Source: Eledone cirrhosa (taxonomy: Eukaryota). From it: a stretch of 64,000 bases of DNA. Positions 13,223 through 25,796 of the stretch are shown here, piece by piece (within the stretch, counting starts at the first letter, position 1; each line of letters begins with the position of its first letter). The position numbers and the translations under genes are program-made. The notes beneath the pieces are model-generated. The model did no database searches. It was not told where the DNA came from and worked only from the letters and a program-made list of their open reading frames with translations. The DNA lies in the NCBI GenBank assembly GCA_964016885.1, contig OZ024746.1, positions 93,186,001-93,250,000 on the forward strand, read 5' to 3'.

Positions 13223-13959
13223 CTGCTCGAATACTCACTTGGTCTATAATGACCTATCCAACCCTTGCTAGCAGGGAAAACGGATGTTAAATGATGATGC
13301 TGAATGACTGTATGTCACTTTTTTCCAAGAAAATATGATGTGAAAAGCCATCATGCAACTTAACTACTGGACCTACAAAACTTCTGTTCAAAATTCAAGT
13401 GAGACACAGATCCATGGCTTGCTAAGGAGATCAGTTGTTCTGCTTCAGTATGGACTTGGTCTATATAGACACGTCCAACGATTGCTAGCAGGGAAAGTCG
13501 ATGTTAACCCTTTAGTATTTAGATTGCTCTATATATACTATTGTATTTTTGTGGTAAAGGCATACCTCACATAATATCGAATCTATGAGATTTTGATATT
13601 ATTTATTTTGAGAACAATACCTTAACATCAATATAAGTTGAACAGAAAGAGTTGAGAGAATTCTGGCCGGATACAACCGGTTTAAATGCTAAAGGGTTAA
13701 AATGACTGATTTAAATATTAGCAGTCGCACTAATATAACGTGGTTCATAATATCTACTGTCTTATGTTTAACATTTCTTAACACCAGTGAATGATGAAGA
13801 ATCAGTAATCAACATCAACAATATATGGTGTTCACAGTTTGAAAATGTTTGATATTGTCCATAGAAAATCAGTAGTAAGAAACTCTCAGGAGAACTGGAC
13901 AACAGAAGGTCTTCAGAGAAGAAACCCTTCCTTAAGCAAGTGTTTCGGCCCTTCAATAA

Positions 13960-14350
13960 GCTGTAAGGTGGTCATACTGGTGCGATGACAAAAATCACCC
14001 TGTCCATCTGTAAGGTGGTCACATTGGTGCCATGACAAAAAGAACCTAGTCCAGTTTGTAAGGTGATCACATTGGTGCCATGACAAAAAGAACCTAGTCC
14101 AGTTTGTAAGGTGATCACATTGGTGCCATGACAAAAAGAACCCAGTCCAGTTTGTAAGGTGATCATATTGGTGCCATGACAAAAAGAACCCAGTCCAGTT
14201 TGTAAGGTGATCATATTGGTGCCATGACAAAAAGAACCCAGTCCAGTTGTAAGAGGTCATATTGGTGCCATGACAAAAAAGTGCCCCGTCCAGTTTATAA
14301 GGTGGTAGTGCTGTTGCCATGAAAAAGGCTCCCAGTATACACTGTAATGT
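13960..14350. repeat. About 47-bp tandem array of the SINE module
   Basis: GTAAGGTGATCACATTGGTGCCATGACAAAAAGAACCCAGTCCAGTT, about 8 copies, followed by the SINE tail. Confidence 0.9.
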
Positions 14351-17109
14351 AGTTGGCATTAATAAGGGCATCCAACCATAGAAAACCAAATCGAAAACAT
14401 TGTATGAGCAAGACTGAGTCACCTGACATGTCTAGCCACATGACATGACACATCTAACCTTTGCAAGCCTGAAAAATAGATGTTACAGTGTTGATGATGA
14501 TGTATACAAATCTTAACTATAATAAAGGGAGGAGTGCAGGACTCCGTCCAGAATATATTTTTTTACCCCGTTTGTAAAATAAGTTGGATTACTTTGAATA
14601 AATAATTGTTTCTATTTTTGGCACAAGGCCAGCAATTACCCAGTGTATTACTGGTACTTTATTTTATCGACCCCCGTAAGGATGAAAGGCAAAGTTAACC
14701 TCAACGGGATTTTAAAGAAGTGAATCATTAAATAAGCTATAAAATATATTTAATCAACAGCCACAAAATTTAGCACATAAATTATGTAATATTCCTTCAT
14801 TACTTTGAATAAATAATTGTTTCTACTTTTGGTACAAGGCCAGCAATTACCCAGTGCATTACTGGTACTTTATTTTATCGACCCCGTAAGGATGAAAGGC
14901 AAAGTTAACCTCGGCGGGATTTGAACTCAGAATAGCAAGGGCCGTAACTCTATGCATCAAAGCATGGCGTCCGACCCTCTACCGATACTGCCAATTCACC
15001 GCCCTTACTTTGAATAAATAATGAAGGAATATTACATAATTTATGTGCTAAATTTCGTGGCTGTTGATTAAATATATTTTATAGCTTATTTAATGATTCA
15101 CTTCTTTAAAATTTTCAAATGTCAACACTTCCGGTTAGCGGCTGTTATATTATAACACTTATAAAAATATTGCATATATTTCCGTCACTAATTTTCTCCT
15201 AATGCAGTTTATATATAATATCGCCCGTTTTAAATGTATCATGGATTACTTTACTGATTACATAAGACAGTGTAACGCAGTTTCTCTTCAATTTCTGTGT
15301 ATATTGTCAATTACGATTTTATTTGATGTATCATATCTACATGTATATATATTTGTGTATAATGTCAATATACACACTACACATGTTAGCAGAAAAACCA
15401 CCCTATGGGTGGTTTTTCTCCTAGTAAATACAATTTATATACAAAGAGAAATAAAGGGTAGGGGAGACACACACACACACTCAATCACATGTCACAGCAA
15501 AGGGTGTTTGCAGTTTTGCTCTTATAACTTTTTAGACAGTGGCAGTAATTCTACATGTTGTAGTGGTTAGAGCGTCAAGCTTACAATCGTGAGGTTGTGA
15601 GTTCGATTGTCAGGCTGGGCTTTGCATTGTGCTCTTGAACAAGACACTTTATTTCATGTTACTCCAGTTGATTCAACTGTAGAAATGAGTTGCGATGTCA
15701 CTGGTGCCAGGCTTAGTGATATGGAGAGGGGAGATTGGCACACATGGGCAACTGCTGGTCTTCCACAAACGACTTTGCCCATGGTTATTAGTGACCGAAG
15801 AGAGTCTTTACTCTTTACCCTACAAATAGAAAATGAAATATAAGACTAATATTGCAATTTCTAAAGTTATTTGGGAATCTATTGGAAGAACTGTTGCAAC
15901 TCCTGAATGTTAGACCTATCTGTTACATAATTAAATGTCATCACCTGGTCCTTGGGTGTTTTTAGCAGAGTTTCTTCTATTACAAATTCTTGAGTGGTAC
16001 ATAATTAACCCTTTAGCATTTACATTATTCTATATTTACTATTATATTTTCACAGTAAACACTTTATTTCACATAATTATCTCACTTAATATTGAATCTA
16101 TTACATTTTGATAGAATTTATTTTGAGAACAATACCTTAACATCAGTATGAGTGGCCAGTTACAGCTGGTTTGAAGAGAAAGAGGTGAGAGAATCCTGGC
16201 CAGATATGGCTGGTTTAAATGCTCAAGGATTAAATTCTATCCCTGGTCCTTGGATGTTTATAGCAGAGTCTCTTCTATTATAAGTTCTTGAGTGGTAGAC
16301 CTAATCGGTTACACAATTAAATGCCATCACATGGCCCTTGGGTGTTTTTAACAGTCTGTTTTATTAAAAGCATTGAAACTAGGTTCTGGTCAAATGATGA
16401 ATTGATATCTAATATGGTGGTTCATACTGAAGGAACATATCAGTCGTAGTTTGTTTCTTTTTCCTTTAACTAAGGACCCTAAAGTAGGACATGGGTACTG
16501 TCCTTCTTCCCCTGTTAAACATTTTCATTACCATATTTCTAATGAAGTACACTGCTTATGATTTTCAAATCATTTTGAAAGTAAGAATTTAGAAGGATTT
16601 AGTAATATAACTTTCTCATTAAGTTAGTATTTGGAGCATAATTTAACGAAGGTTCTTCATTAATCATAATTGTTTCTACTTTTGGCACAAAGCCAGCAAT
16701 TAACCAGTACATTACTGGTACTTTATTTTATCGACCCCGTAAGGATGAAAGGCAAAGTTAACCTCGGCAGGATTTGAACTCAGAATGGAAAGGGCTGTAA
16801 CTCGATGCCTCAAAGCATGGCGTCCGACCCTCTACCGATATTGCCAATCCACACGTATTCATTAATCATAATGAAAAGTTTTTAGATAAATATAAACCCT
16901 TTAAAATCAACAATTTTGTGCTGTAGAATGAGAGGCAGTTCAGGCAGTTTGGTATCAAAAGGTTTTAGTGCTAAAATCAAATAGTACACATAGTGTTTGA
17001 AATAGTTGCAAACTGTTAATAAATGGCAATACCCCAGCATGGCCTCAGCCTGTTAGCTGGAACATGTAATAGAGTAATAAAGTAAATGTGATCTTATTAT
17101 TTTGTCTAG

Positions 17110-17272
17110 GTGTATCTTTGTGTCTGGTAATGGTGCTTTCTTTGTAAACTATGTGATAACATCAGCATTTATTGGCACTGGATTAGAATTGATGCGATTC
17201 TCCGAACTATTCAACTACGGTATTCGTATAATGTGTGCCCGGTCTTCAGCTGAAAAAACTGCAGTGCGTAAA
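17110..17272 (+). CDS. TMEM63: TMEM63 exon G
   Basis: ctAG/GTAAGT. CIFVSGNGAFFVNYVITSAFIGTGLELMRFSELFNYGIRIMCARSSAEKTAVRK contains the GAFFVNYVI signature. Confidence 0.96.
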
Positions 17273-17697
17273 GTAAGTTTGTTTTCAATTGTGTTGTTTC
17301 CTAAAAAAAATTGATTTACAGTTTACTTAAATTAAGAATCATTAAACTGGTCATAATAAAAACTCATCAGTCTGACACTAAAGACAAATGTGGTGATGGT
17401 TATACATAGCCAGCAGTATATCCCAATGATTGCATAACTGCACCTATGATGGCATAAGCATCTGATAACATCACATGCATAACCATGTTACAGAAATATA
17501 TATGCATTAAAGCAATTATGATGAAATAATCCTGCCTTAACTACTCTTATTTGATATATATATATATGTAAAGTCAAATTAGATATGGCTGGAATGCCTT
17601 TAATCAAAGGTCTTCTGAATCAGGGTGACCTGGTGATTAAACCACAATATATGTGCTAATGAAAATATTAATATCAAAAGTATACTTTCTATTTCAG

Positions 17698-17803
17698 GCT
17701 GTTATATGGGAGTTCCAGTTTGGTTGTCAGTATGCCTGGATGTTGTGTATATTTTCAGTGGTTGTTGCATATAGTATTCCATGCCCGATGGTGACACCAT
17801 TTG
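17698..17803 (+). CDS. TMEM63: TMEM63 exon H
   Basis: tttc[43 protein letters not shown](G). Confidence 0.96.
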
Positions 17804-18691
17804 GTAAGTATTCATTGGATCAAGTTTACAAAATGTTGGTATTTTATTGTTGCAGAATCACATTGGTAAAGCAAATTTAAAAACTTATATTTAACTTTTA
17901 ACCCTTTAGTTTCCAAACCGGCCAAAACTGGCTCTGTTTCTATGAAGTAAAACCACCCATTTTAGAGGTTTCCAATTTAAATTAAAATCTTCTTCTTCCT
18001 TACCCACTTATTGCTGAGAGGGTTGTGGTGGGGGAAGAGTCTGCAAACACTTCTTCCAACAGGTCCTGTCAGAAGCAACTGTCTCCAACTGATCTGGTTG
18101 GATCCCCAAGCAAGACCAGCCAAGCTCATTGATGTTATTAAACCATCTTGCCCGGGGTCTCCTACTGGTTGGTTTTGCCCATAAAAAAAAAACTTCCAAC
18201 TTAATTTTATGTAAGAACCTTACACTAAGTTACTATCTTAGTCATGAAATAGTCAATTATTTTAGTAAATCCTTCAAAATTCTTCATTAATTAATTAAAA
18301 TAAAGTGTATTTCATTAAAAATGCAGTCATGAAAGGATTAAAAAGAATTAAATGAAGGAAGCTATACTTGCACAATTGAGACAATATTGACATATGTTAA
18401 GGTATTGTTCTCAAAATAAATATCAAAATCTCGAAGATTCGATATTGTGTGAGATAAAGTGTTTACTATGAAAAATACAGTAGTAAATATAGAGTAATAT
18501 AAATACTAAAGGGTTAATGTTGAGCAACATAAGATTTATTCCTCAAAATTTGAATGAGAAATTCAAAGGTATATGGATTCCATGAATGATTTCTGCGATA
18601 TTTACATCTCAAATGATATCAAATTTTTTGAAACACCCTGTATTTTGTAGCTATCAGCCTTATTTTGTTTGTTGTTTTTATTCTATTCCAG

Positions 18692-18859
18692 GCCTCATAT
18701 ATCTTGCTATGAAACATATGGTAGATCGTTATAATATATATTTTGCATACAAGCCATCCCGTATCAACAAACACATCCACACCACAGCTGTGAACTTTGT
18801 TATAGTATCTGTAATATTACTGCAAATTATTATAGTATTCTTCACAGCATTACGTCTTA
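18692..18859 (+). CDS. TMEM63: TMEM63 exon I
   Basis: ttccAG/GTAAGT. LIYLAMKHMVDRYNIYFAYKPSRINKHIHTTAVNFVIVSVILLQIIIVFFTALRL contains the KHxVDRYN signature. Confidence 0.96.
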
Positions 18860-18965
18860 GTAAGTACTTTCATTTTCTCTCTTTATTTACTAATTCTTTT
18901 TGATAACTTTACTCTGTACTATTATAGATTCCTTCTTACTTTATGACACAGCATTATTATATACA

Positions 18966-19153
18966 GGTGGTGGATTGGCAGTATCGGTAGAGGGTCGGAC
19001 GCCATACTTTGCAGCATAGTTATGTCCCTTTACGATCTGAGTTCAAATCCCGCCGAGGTTGACTTTGCCTTTCATCCTTACGGGGTCGATAAAATAAAGT
19101 ACCAGTAATGCACTTGGTAATTGCTGGCCTTGTGCCTAAAAATAGAAACAATT
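18966..19153 (+). mobile_element. tRNA-derived SINE family A (Meta-domain-like core)
   Basis: A/B-box head, core GACTTTGCCTTTCATCCTTACGGGGTCGATAAAATAAAGTACCAG, tail AGAAACAATTAT. Copies about 2860-3035, 7371-7526(-), 14817-15004(-), 16671-16850(-), 31773-31978(-), 37325-37427, 41161-41265, 42729-42950, 61485-61615, 61693-61790, 63474-63622. Confidence 0.85.
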
Positions 19154-19700
19154 ATGTTATATTTAGGGAGGGTCATGTCCTAATATTGTCAAAAGCTAGT
19201 AAAACACACTCACTATTTGATTTCGTTTTCGCTTCAGTTTCAATATATTTTTTTTATATATCCATAAATAATTTAGCTGGCAATCAATGTTTATCATTAA
19301 TTGACCAAGAGTTAAAAATATAAATATAATTTCTCAAAGTTCTTTCATCACACATTTCTGTGAAATCTTCAGTGATTATGGAAATATAAAAAAAGATATA
19401 CTGAAACTGAAGCGAAAACCAAACCAAACAGTGAGTGTGTTTTACTATCAGTCTCCAACCGATCTGGCTGCATCCCCAGCCAAGCTCATGGGTGTTATCC
19501 AATCATCTTGCTCGGAGTCTACCCCTGGGTCTCCTGCTAGTTGGTTTTGCCTATAAAATCTGTCCATCGATACTTTCCTGAGACTTTTTAACCACATGCC
19601 CATAGTATCGGAGTTGTCATTTATTGAAATTTTCCTAATGCTTCTTCTTCAGTCAACCACTTTGTTTACATTTATCTATATATTTATATTTTCTATTTAG

Positions 19701-19819
19701 CTTCAGATTCACTCCAACCAACATTTCTATTTTCACTGGTTGCTCTAGTCTTTACACTTCTTGTATTCTTTGGTCGTATCAGTTTTGGCTGGTTTAAAGG
19801 GCTTACACCAAACTATAAG
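19701..19819 (+). CDS. TMEM63: TMEM63 exon J (last TM helix)
   Basis: tttAG/GTAAGT. (T)SDSLQPTFLFSLVALVFTLLVFFGRISFGWFKGLTPNYK, ends phase 0. A second in-frame CAG acceptor would start the exon at 19707. Confidence 0.92.
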
Positions 19820-22091
19820 GTAAGTAGTTTAATACTCCTAAAGCATAACTAATTCATTCTCCACACAGAAAATATTATATGAATGTTCATAAAATTGTTG
19901 TATTCTCAGTGCAAAGGGTAGCTGTAAACAGCTGAATACTTTATGTATAGTAAAAAGTCAGGTTAAGATATAACCACATATTGAATGAAAAGTGGGAGAG
20001 AAAGGGGAAGAGTCTAAAGCATGAGATGAGAAATAAGTAGTTTACTTTCTCCATCTTTTCTCCATATTCTTATCCTTTTTCGCAATTCTCCAAAAGTTCT
20101 TTTCTTCTCTTCTCCCCTCTCTGTCTAAACCCCTCTCATTTTTCATCTCATGCTGCAGAGCCTCTTTCTTCCCTTTCTCACCTGCTCTTTGTTCAATATG
20201 TGGTTATATCTTAACCTGACTTTTATGAAAATTCATATACACCCATCACTTCAAACTTTTTCAATTAATGTTTATATAAAATATTTTATTACTCTCAGAA
20301 CATAACTAATTTGTTCTTCACACAGAAAATATTATTTATATAAATTTTTTTTTTTTAAAGATATAATTAAAAAAATAAAATATGCTTCTTTCAAATGATT
20401 TATATTTTCCTCAAGCCACTATCACCTATTTATACTTGTATGTGGAGGTGTATGGCTTAGTTAGGATGTTAAGTTTATGATTATAAAGTTGTGAGTTCAA
20501 TTCTCAGACCAGCCAATGTGTTGTGTCCTTGAGTAAGACACTTTATTTCATGTTGCTCTAGTTGTCATAACTAATTCTTTCCAGTTAAGTTAACATTGGT
20601 ACCAAGTTGTATCACCCCTTGTCGTTACCTTGGACAACATCATACATAGAAGTGTATAGGAGTTCTGACAACACTAGTGCCAAGCTGTATCAGCCTGTGC
20701 TTTTCTTTTAGAAACCTCGGTGGAGAGGAGAGACCGGCATGCATAAGCAACTGCTGGTCTTCCACCAAATTCTTTGTTCAGGCTTGCACCTTGAGAGAAA
20801 CTGTCCAGATGCAAAGCCATGGTCAATTATGACTGAAGGAGACATCTAAGGATAGAAAACCACTTGAGAAATTACATGTAAATTTACAATATTTAAACAT
20901 TTTTGAAACTGACCTGCCTGAGACTGCTCAGGGTTCAGAATACAATACTTCTTATTTTAAAGTGTGTATATTTGAATTAAAACCTCTTCATAATTTTGTT
21001 ATATTCCAAATATAAACTTGCTTAATAAGAAAAAATTACTTACACTAAATCACATCAAATTTTTATTTTATTATTTTCAAAATTTTCAGAAATAGACATG
21101 CACTATATTTCATTGTGAAAGCAGATGGCTTAGTGGTTAGAGCATTGGGCTTGCAATTCAGAGATTGTAAATTTGATTCTTTGACCAGGTGATGCGTTGT
21201 GTCCTTGAGCAAGACACTTTATTTTTTCATGTTGCTCCAGTTTGCTCAGCTGTAGAAGTGAGTTGTGACATCACTGGGGCCAAGCTGTATTGGCTTTTAT
21301 CTTTCCTTTGGACAACATTGGTGGTGTGAAGAAGAGAGACCTGTATGCATAGGTGACTGCTGGTCTTCCACAAACAACCTTGCAAAGGCTTGGAGGGAAA
21401 CTTTCTAGGTGCATAACCATGGTCATTAGTGACTGATGGTGGCCTGTTAAAATATTTCATAAAACATATGGTCACAAAAGGGTTAAGAACTATTTTGGTA
21501 GTATTCTGTTATTGGACTGTAACTATACCAAGGCATCATCTTCAACAGTTTTAGTCTATTTTATGAAACCCCAGTTCCTTGAACAGTACTGAGTTTCTTT
21601 AATCTCAGAGGAGCAAGAAAATCAGGGATTTAAATAATACTAGGTATTTTTGTTGGATGCACTGATGTCTTGTCATTTCATGCTGATACACGTGTATTAT
21701 TTTTGAAGTTTTAAACATTCCAGTAATTACTCAGGCACCAGAGTTTTGTGTATCACACACAAAACTCCAGTACTTGAGTATACCGAAATGTTTAAAACTT
21801 TAAACCAATATATAAAGTATTTGTATGTTATATCATGTAGTGAGTATTCTTTTCTCTCCAGTTTGTAAAACAACAATACATGTACATGTATGTGTGTATA
21901 TATATATATATATATTTAATGATAATAATATTTATACTTATATATGAGTTATATATAATTATGAATATGAAAGGGTAGTATTAAGCACTTCCCAATTACC
22001 AGTAAGAGGAAAAGCTCAATGTAAATTATCAGGTGTATTACAGAGCAGAGATACAAAATATAAAACAATCAAATTTTAGCTTAATACATTT

Positions 22092-22145
22092 AATTGGTGA
22101 CGATCGTTTCTTCCAGACGAATGTCTGGAATCATCAGAGCATACA
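22092..22145 (-). ncRNA. Type I minimal hammerhead ribozyme motif (left arm of inverted repeat)
   Basis: Minus strand CTGATGA-TTCCAGAC-attc-GTCTGGAA-GAAAC-gatc-GTC. Perfect 8-bp stem II, palindromic stem III, weak stem I. Confidence 0.72.
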
Positions 22146-23190
22146 CAATGTTTAAACAACTAATTATAATCCTAGTCTTCGGAACATTCATATAGATACA
22201 TTACTATTGACATTGTCAGTGACATCATATTGTAAAGCAGGAGTGATAAAAAGATATTATGTTATACAGATATCAAAGTATTAGGAGCTATTGTGAAGAG
22301 TGAAAATATTGAGCATATTGAGCAAAGTATGCTTTGATGATGTCTAACCCATGCTAGCGTGGAAGATGGACGTTAAACGAAGATGATGATTATATAGAAA
22401 GTTATTCATTAAGGTAATTCAGGTGCAAAAGATACCAAGCAAAAAGGTGTTACAGAAGATAGATAAAATATATCATAGCATTGAAAGATGTAATATTAAG
22501 GGTATATGATGCAAAATATTAATAAAGGCATGCATGAGGTAAGAGTTAGAGAATGAATATATCAAGCATATTTCATACAGAATGTTAAAAGTGTTTAAAA
22601 TGGCATGCATTATGGTGAAGAGATACATAATGATAAGATGAATAAATGTTGTGTAATGTGAAATGCAAATAATATAAGTAAATAAGATGGGTTAGTGTCA
22701 TTCAAAAAAATGTTATACTAGAGTACATATAGCAATGTTTATGCTGGGTGTAAAGCAAAGGTTCGATAATTGGAGTGTTTTTAATTCTAGTTGTACTTTT
22801 AAACTATACATATTTTACATACATTACATGTGAAGTAAACATTAATTCCACTATTTTTGTTGCCATGTCAATATAATTATAAGCAAGATATATACATTCC
22901 TCTTTAGATTCTCTATTAAGGAATATTTCACGTTCCTGTCTGTGTGACTTCTATTAAGAATTATTTCACGAAGTCTAATGGTAAATTACCTGAATTACCT
23001 TAATAACTTTCTATATAATATGCTCAATATTTTCACTCCTCACAATAGCTCCTAATACTTTGATATCTGTATAACATAATATCTTTTTATCACTCTTGCT
23101 TTTCAATATAATGTCACCGACACTGTCAATAGTAATGTATCTATATGAATGTTCCGAAGACTAGGATTATAATTAGTTGTTTAAACATTG

Positions 23191-23244
23191 TGTATGCTCT
23201 GATGATTCCAGACATTCGTCTGGAAGAAACGATCGTCATCAATT
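23191..23244 (+). ncRNA. Type I minimal hammerhead ribozyme motif (right arm)
   Basis: CTGATGA 23199-23205, stem II 23206-23225, GAAAC 23226-23230, GATC, GTC 23235-23237. Confidence 0.72.
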
Positions 23245-23280
23245 AAATGTATTAAGATAAAATTTGATTGTTTTATATTT

Positions 23281-23313
<33 letters not shown>

Positions 23314-23596
23314 GTGTGATGTTGACAGATGTGAGAATGTACACTCAATACTGAAGTAGAGTTTAAATAAGTGATGAGTCTTGTTATTCTGGAGTTTCAC
23401 CTGTGTACTCACAGAACCAACATATATTTTATTACATAATAAACACAATATAATTATTCCATTACCAAAGGTTTCAGGAGACTAGACGATCCTTACAGAA
23501 ACGTCCAATTCGTTCATCAGATGAAATAGTTATCTTCTTTCGTTTACCTCTTTTCTACAGAAATACTTGACACATAATACACGTGTGTGTAATATT

Positions 23597-23645
23597 GTTG
23601 TCTGATGAGTCTGTGAATACACAGGTGAAACTCCAGAATAGCAAG
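23597..23645 (+). ncRNA. Hammerhead-like motif, second family
   Basis: TTGT-CTGATGA-GTCTGTG-aata-CACAGGT-GAAAC-TCCAGA-ATA-GCAA. Stem I 4 bp, stem II 7 bp with G-U pairs, one C.A mismatch in stem III. Confidence 0.55.
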
Positions 23646-23723
23646 ACTCATCATTTAGCCATAATAAGCAATATTTATATATTCTAATACATACAGAGGG
23701 TTCTACATATGCATATAAATACG

Positions 23724-23768
<45 letters not shown>

Positions 23769-24080
23769 CTTAATACATAGGGATCTCAATGAAAGGACAA
23801 GATATATAAATGAATTAATAAACTAATAATCAACTCTTTTTTTTTTTTTGTGGGGGAGATATGTCATATTGGCTAAATTAAGGTATTGTACGAGTTGAAA
23901 TTGGCTTTTTTAGCCAATTTTGACTTATATCTGAGATTTAGTTAAAGCTATAGACTACATGGTGTGAGAGAAACATTTCAACTGTGCCGACAAATACAAA
24001 CAAGACTGATTGAAGCTCTGGAAAAACATCCATTGAGCTTTTCTATTGAGAAACATAATCATCATGCATAATATGTTATA

Positions 24081-24136
<56 letters not shown>

Positions 24137-24539
24137 TAATCATCATCACCATCGGTTAACGTCTATCTTCCAAGCTAGCATGGGTTTAGACGGATATATA
24201 TATATATATATATATAAAATTAAAAAGTCGAGTTGAAAACTCACAATAATCCCCTGAACAAGGAACAAATTCCGGGCTCTTTATAAATCAGTATATAGCG
24301 AAAAATACACATAGATATACATGTTTAATCATAGGGGATTAAACACATGTATCTATCTGTATTTCTCGATATATACTGATTTATGTGTACATATGTGTTT
24401 ATATATATATATAAGTATGGTTTTGAAACAGTGAGCGAGTTTGAAATTAGAAATAGCTTTCGCCGCATTTTTGACTAAAGAATTTCTAGCCTGATAGTGG
24501 GGTTTAGAACTCTCTAAGAAATGGAAAAAGATGAGTATT

Positions 24540-24609
24540 AACATACATGGGAGTCGAACCTACATCTTTGGTTATCCAGACCACTGTGCTGCCATTGCAC
24601 CAACACATC
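24540..24609 (-). pseudogene. tRNA-like sequence (degenerate tRNA or repeat head)
   Basis: Minus strand A-box TGGTGCAATGGCAGCA, stem TGGT-CTGGATA-ACCA, B-box GGTTCGACTCC. Acceptor stem is mostly G-U pairs. Confidence 0.45.
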
Positions 24610-25796
24610 AATGGTAGCACGAAAATAATAAACAAACACTAGTACAATGAAGCTATTTTTGGAAAACAAAATACATTAGGAATCTGTATTTTCCAGGTTT
24701 CTGATTAGCTGCTAATTCCTTTGAAGGTTTAATCAATATTAGCATATGATGGGAGCCATATTGTGTTTAGCTGCAAGATAACTTAAAATTCTAATTCTTA
24801 ATTTCATACAAGTTTCTTAATTTGCCAATAAATTGTCATTGCTATTGCTTGTGGGCCTCTCTCTTCAGGGACCTAGGGTAATTATTCTCTTTGGCCCCAG
24901 ACCCACCACCATATTAAATCTGGCCCTGTACACAGGTTGAGAAAAATAATTTGCTAATAAATTGCTATGGCCATCGCAGGTAGGGCCTGGGGCAATTTCC
25001 CTCTTTGCCCCTCATTAAATCTGGCCCTGTACACATACATATATAATTACACACATTTCAAAAGACTGCATACAAATGAACACACGCATACATACAAGTG
25101 TAGTATTATAATCAATATATGTTCTTGATTTCATGTTAACTCAACAACAGACTAACAGGGAATATGTATATATGATTCAAAATGGAGGAATTGATCATTT
25201 AATGATATATTATTTAACAAGCTGTTTTGTTGTTTTGCATCCATTGTACTTGAGCTTGCTTCATCTGTTGGTGTGTGTGCTGGCTTTTAATGCTGTCCTT
25301 TCTCCTTAGCTTACTTCATTTCCATTGTATTGTTTTCCTTTTAATTTTCCCTACCTTCTAACATTTTCTCCAAGACTAACTCTTCCTAAGATTGCCTTTT
25401 ATGGGTTATCAACTTCATTAAATGAATTTCTGATATTCTTCAGGGAAGGCTGAACATATATAAAATATAGAATAAGTATATGGATATTTTTATACTTATA
25501 ATAGCATAAGTATATATAGATAGTGAATATTTACTATATATATATATATATTATATAAAGAAGAGAGACAGGTTTTAGATGAACATCCTCTCTTCTTTAT
25601 AATATTAACACTCTGGTTGATACCTTATTGATAATACTTTAAAGAATGCAAGTCATAGAGTGCTTTATGTCTGTTTACAACCAAAGTCGGTGGATTATTT
25701 GATCAGTCAACTTTGCTAAATTAAATAATATATATATAGGTTTACTCGGGATCAACATATATAATATTAGGTATGAATCAAAGTTGTAGCTGCCAT

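Larger units (their letters stand above)
22051..23285. mobile_element. Tail-out inverted repeat element between (TA)n tracts, probable Penelope-like element end (pLTR pair)
   Basis: Arms about 22051-22424 (with a SINE-tail insert) and 22988-23285 are near-identical reverse complements, each with a hammerhead motif. Confidence 0.65.

Noticed and set aside
17698-17712. Equivalent of the mammalian TMEM63B Q/R editing site
   Set aside because: The aligned residue before xxEFQFG is Val (GTT), not a CAG Gln, so that recoding site is absent.
19340-19375. Minus-strand CTGAAGA...GAAAT hammerhead-like match
   Set aside because: No independent stem II, stem III or cleavage triplet.
24540-24609. Functional tRNA-Ser(GGA) gene
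   Set aside because: Acceptor stem mostly G-U, mismatched stems and no long variable arm.
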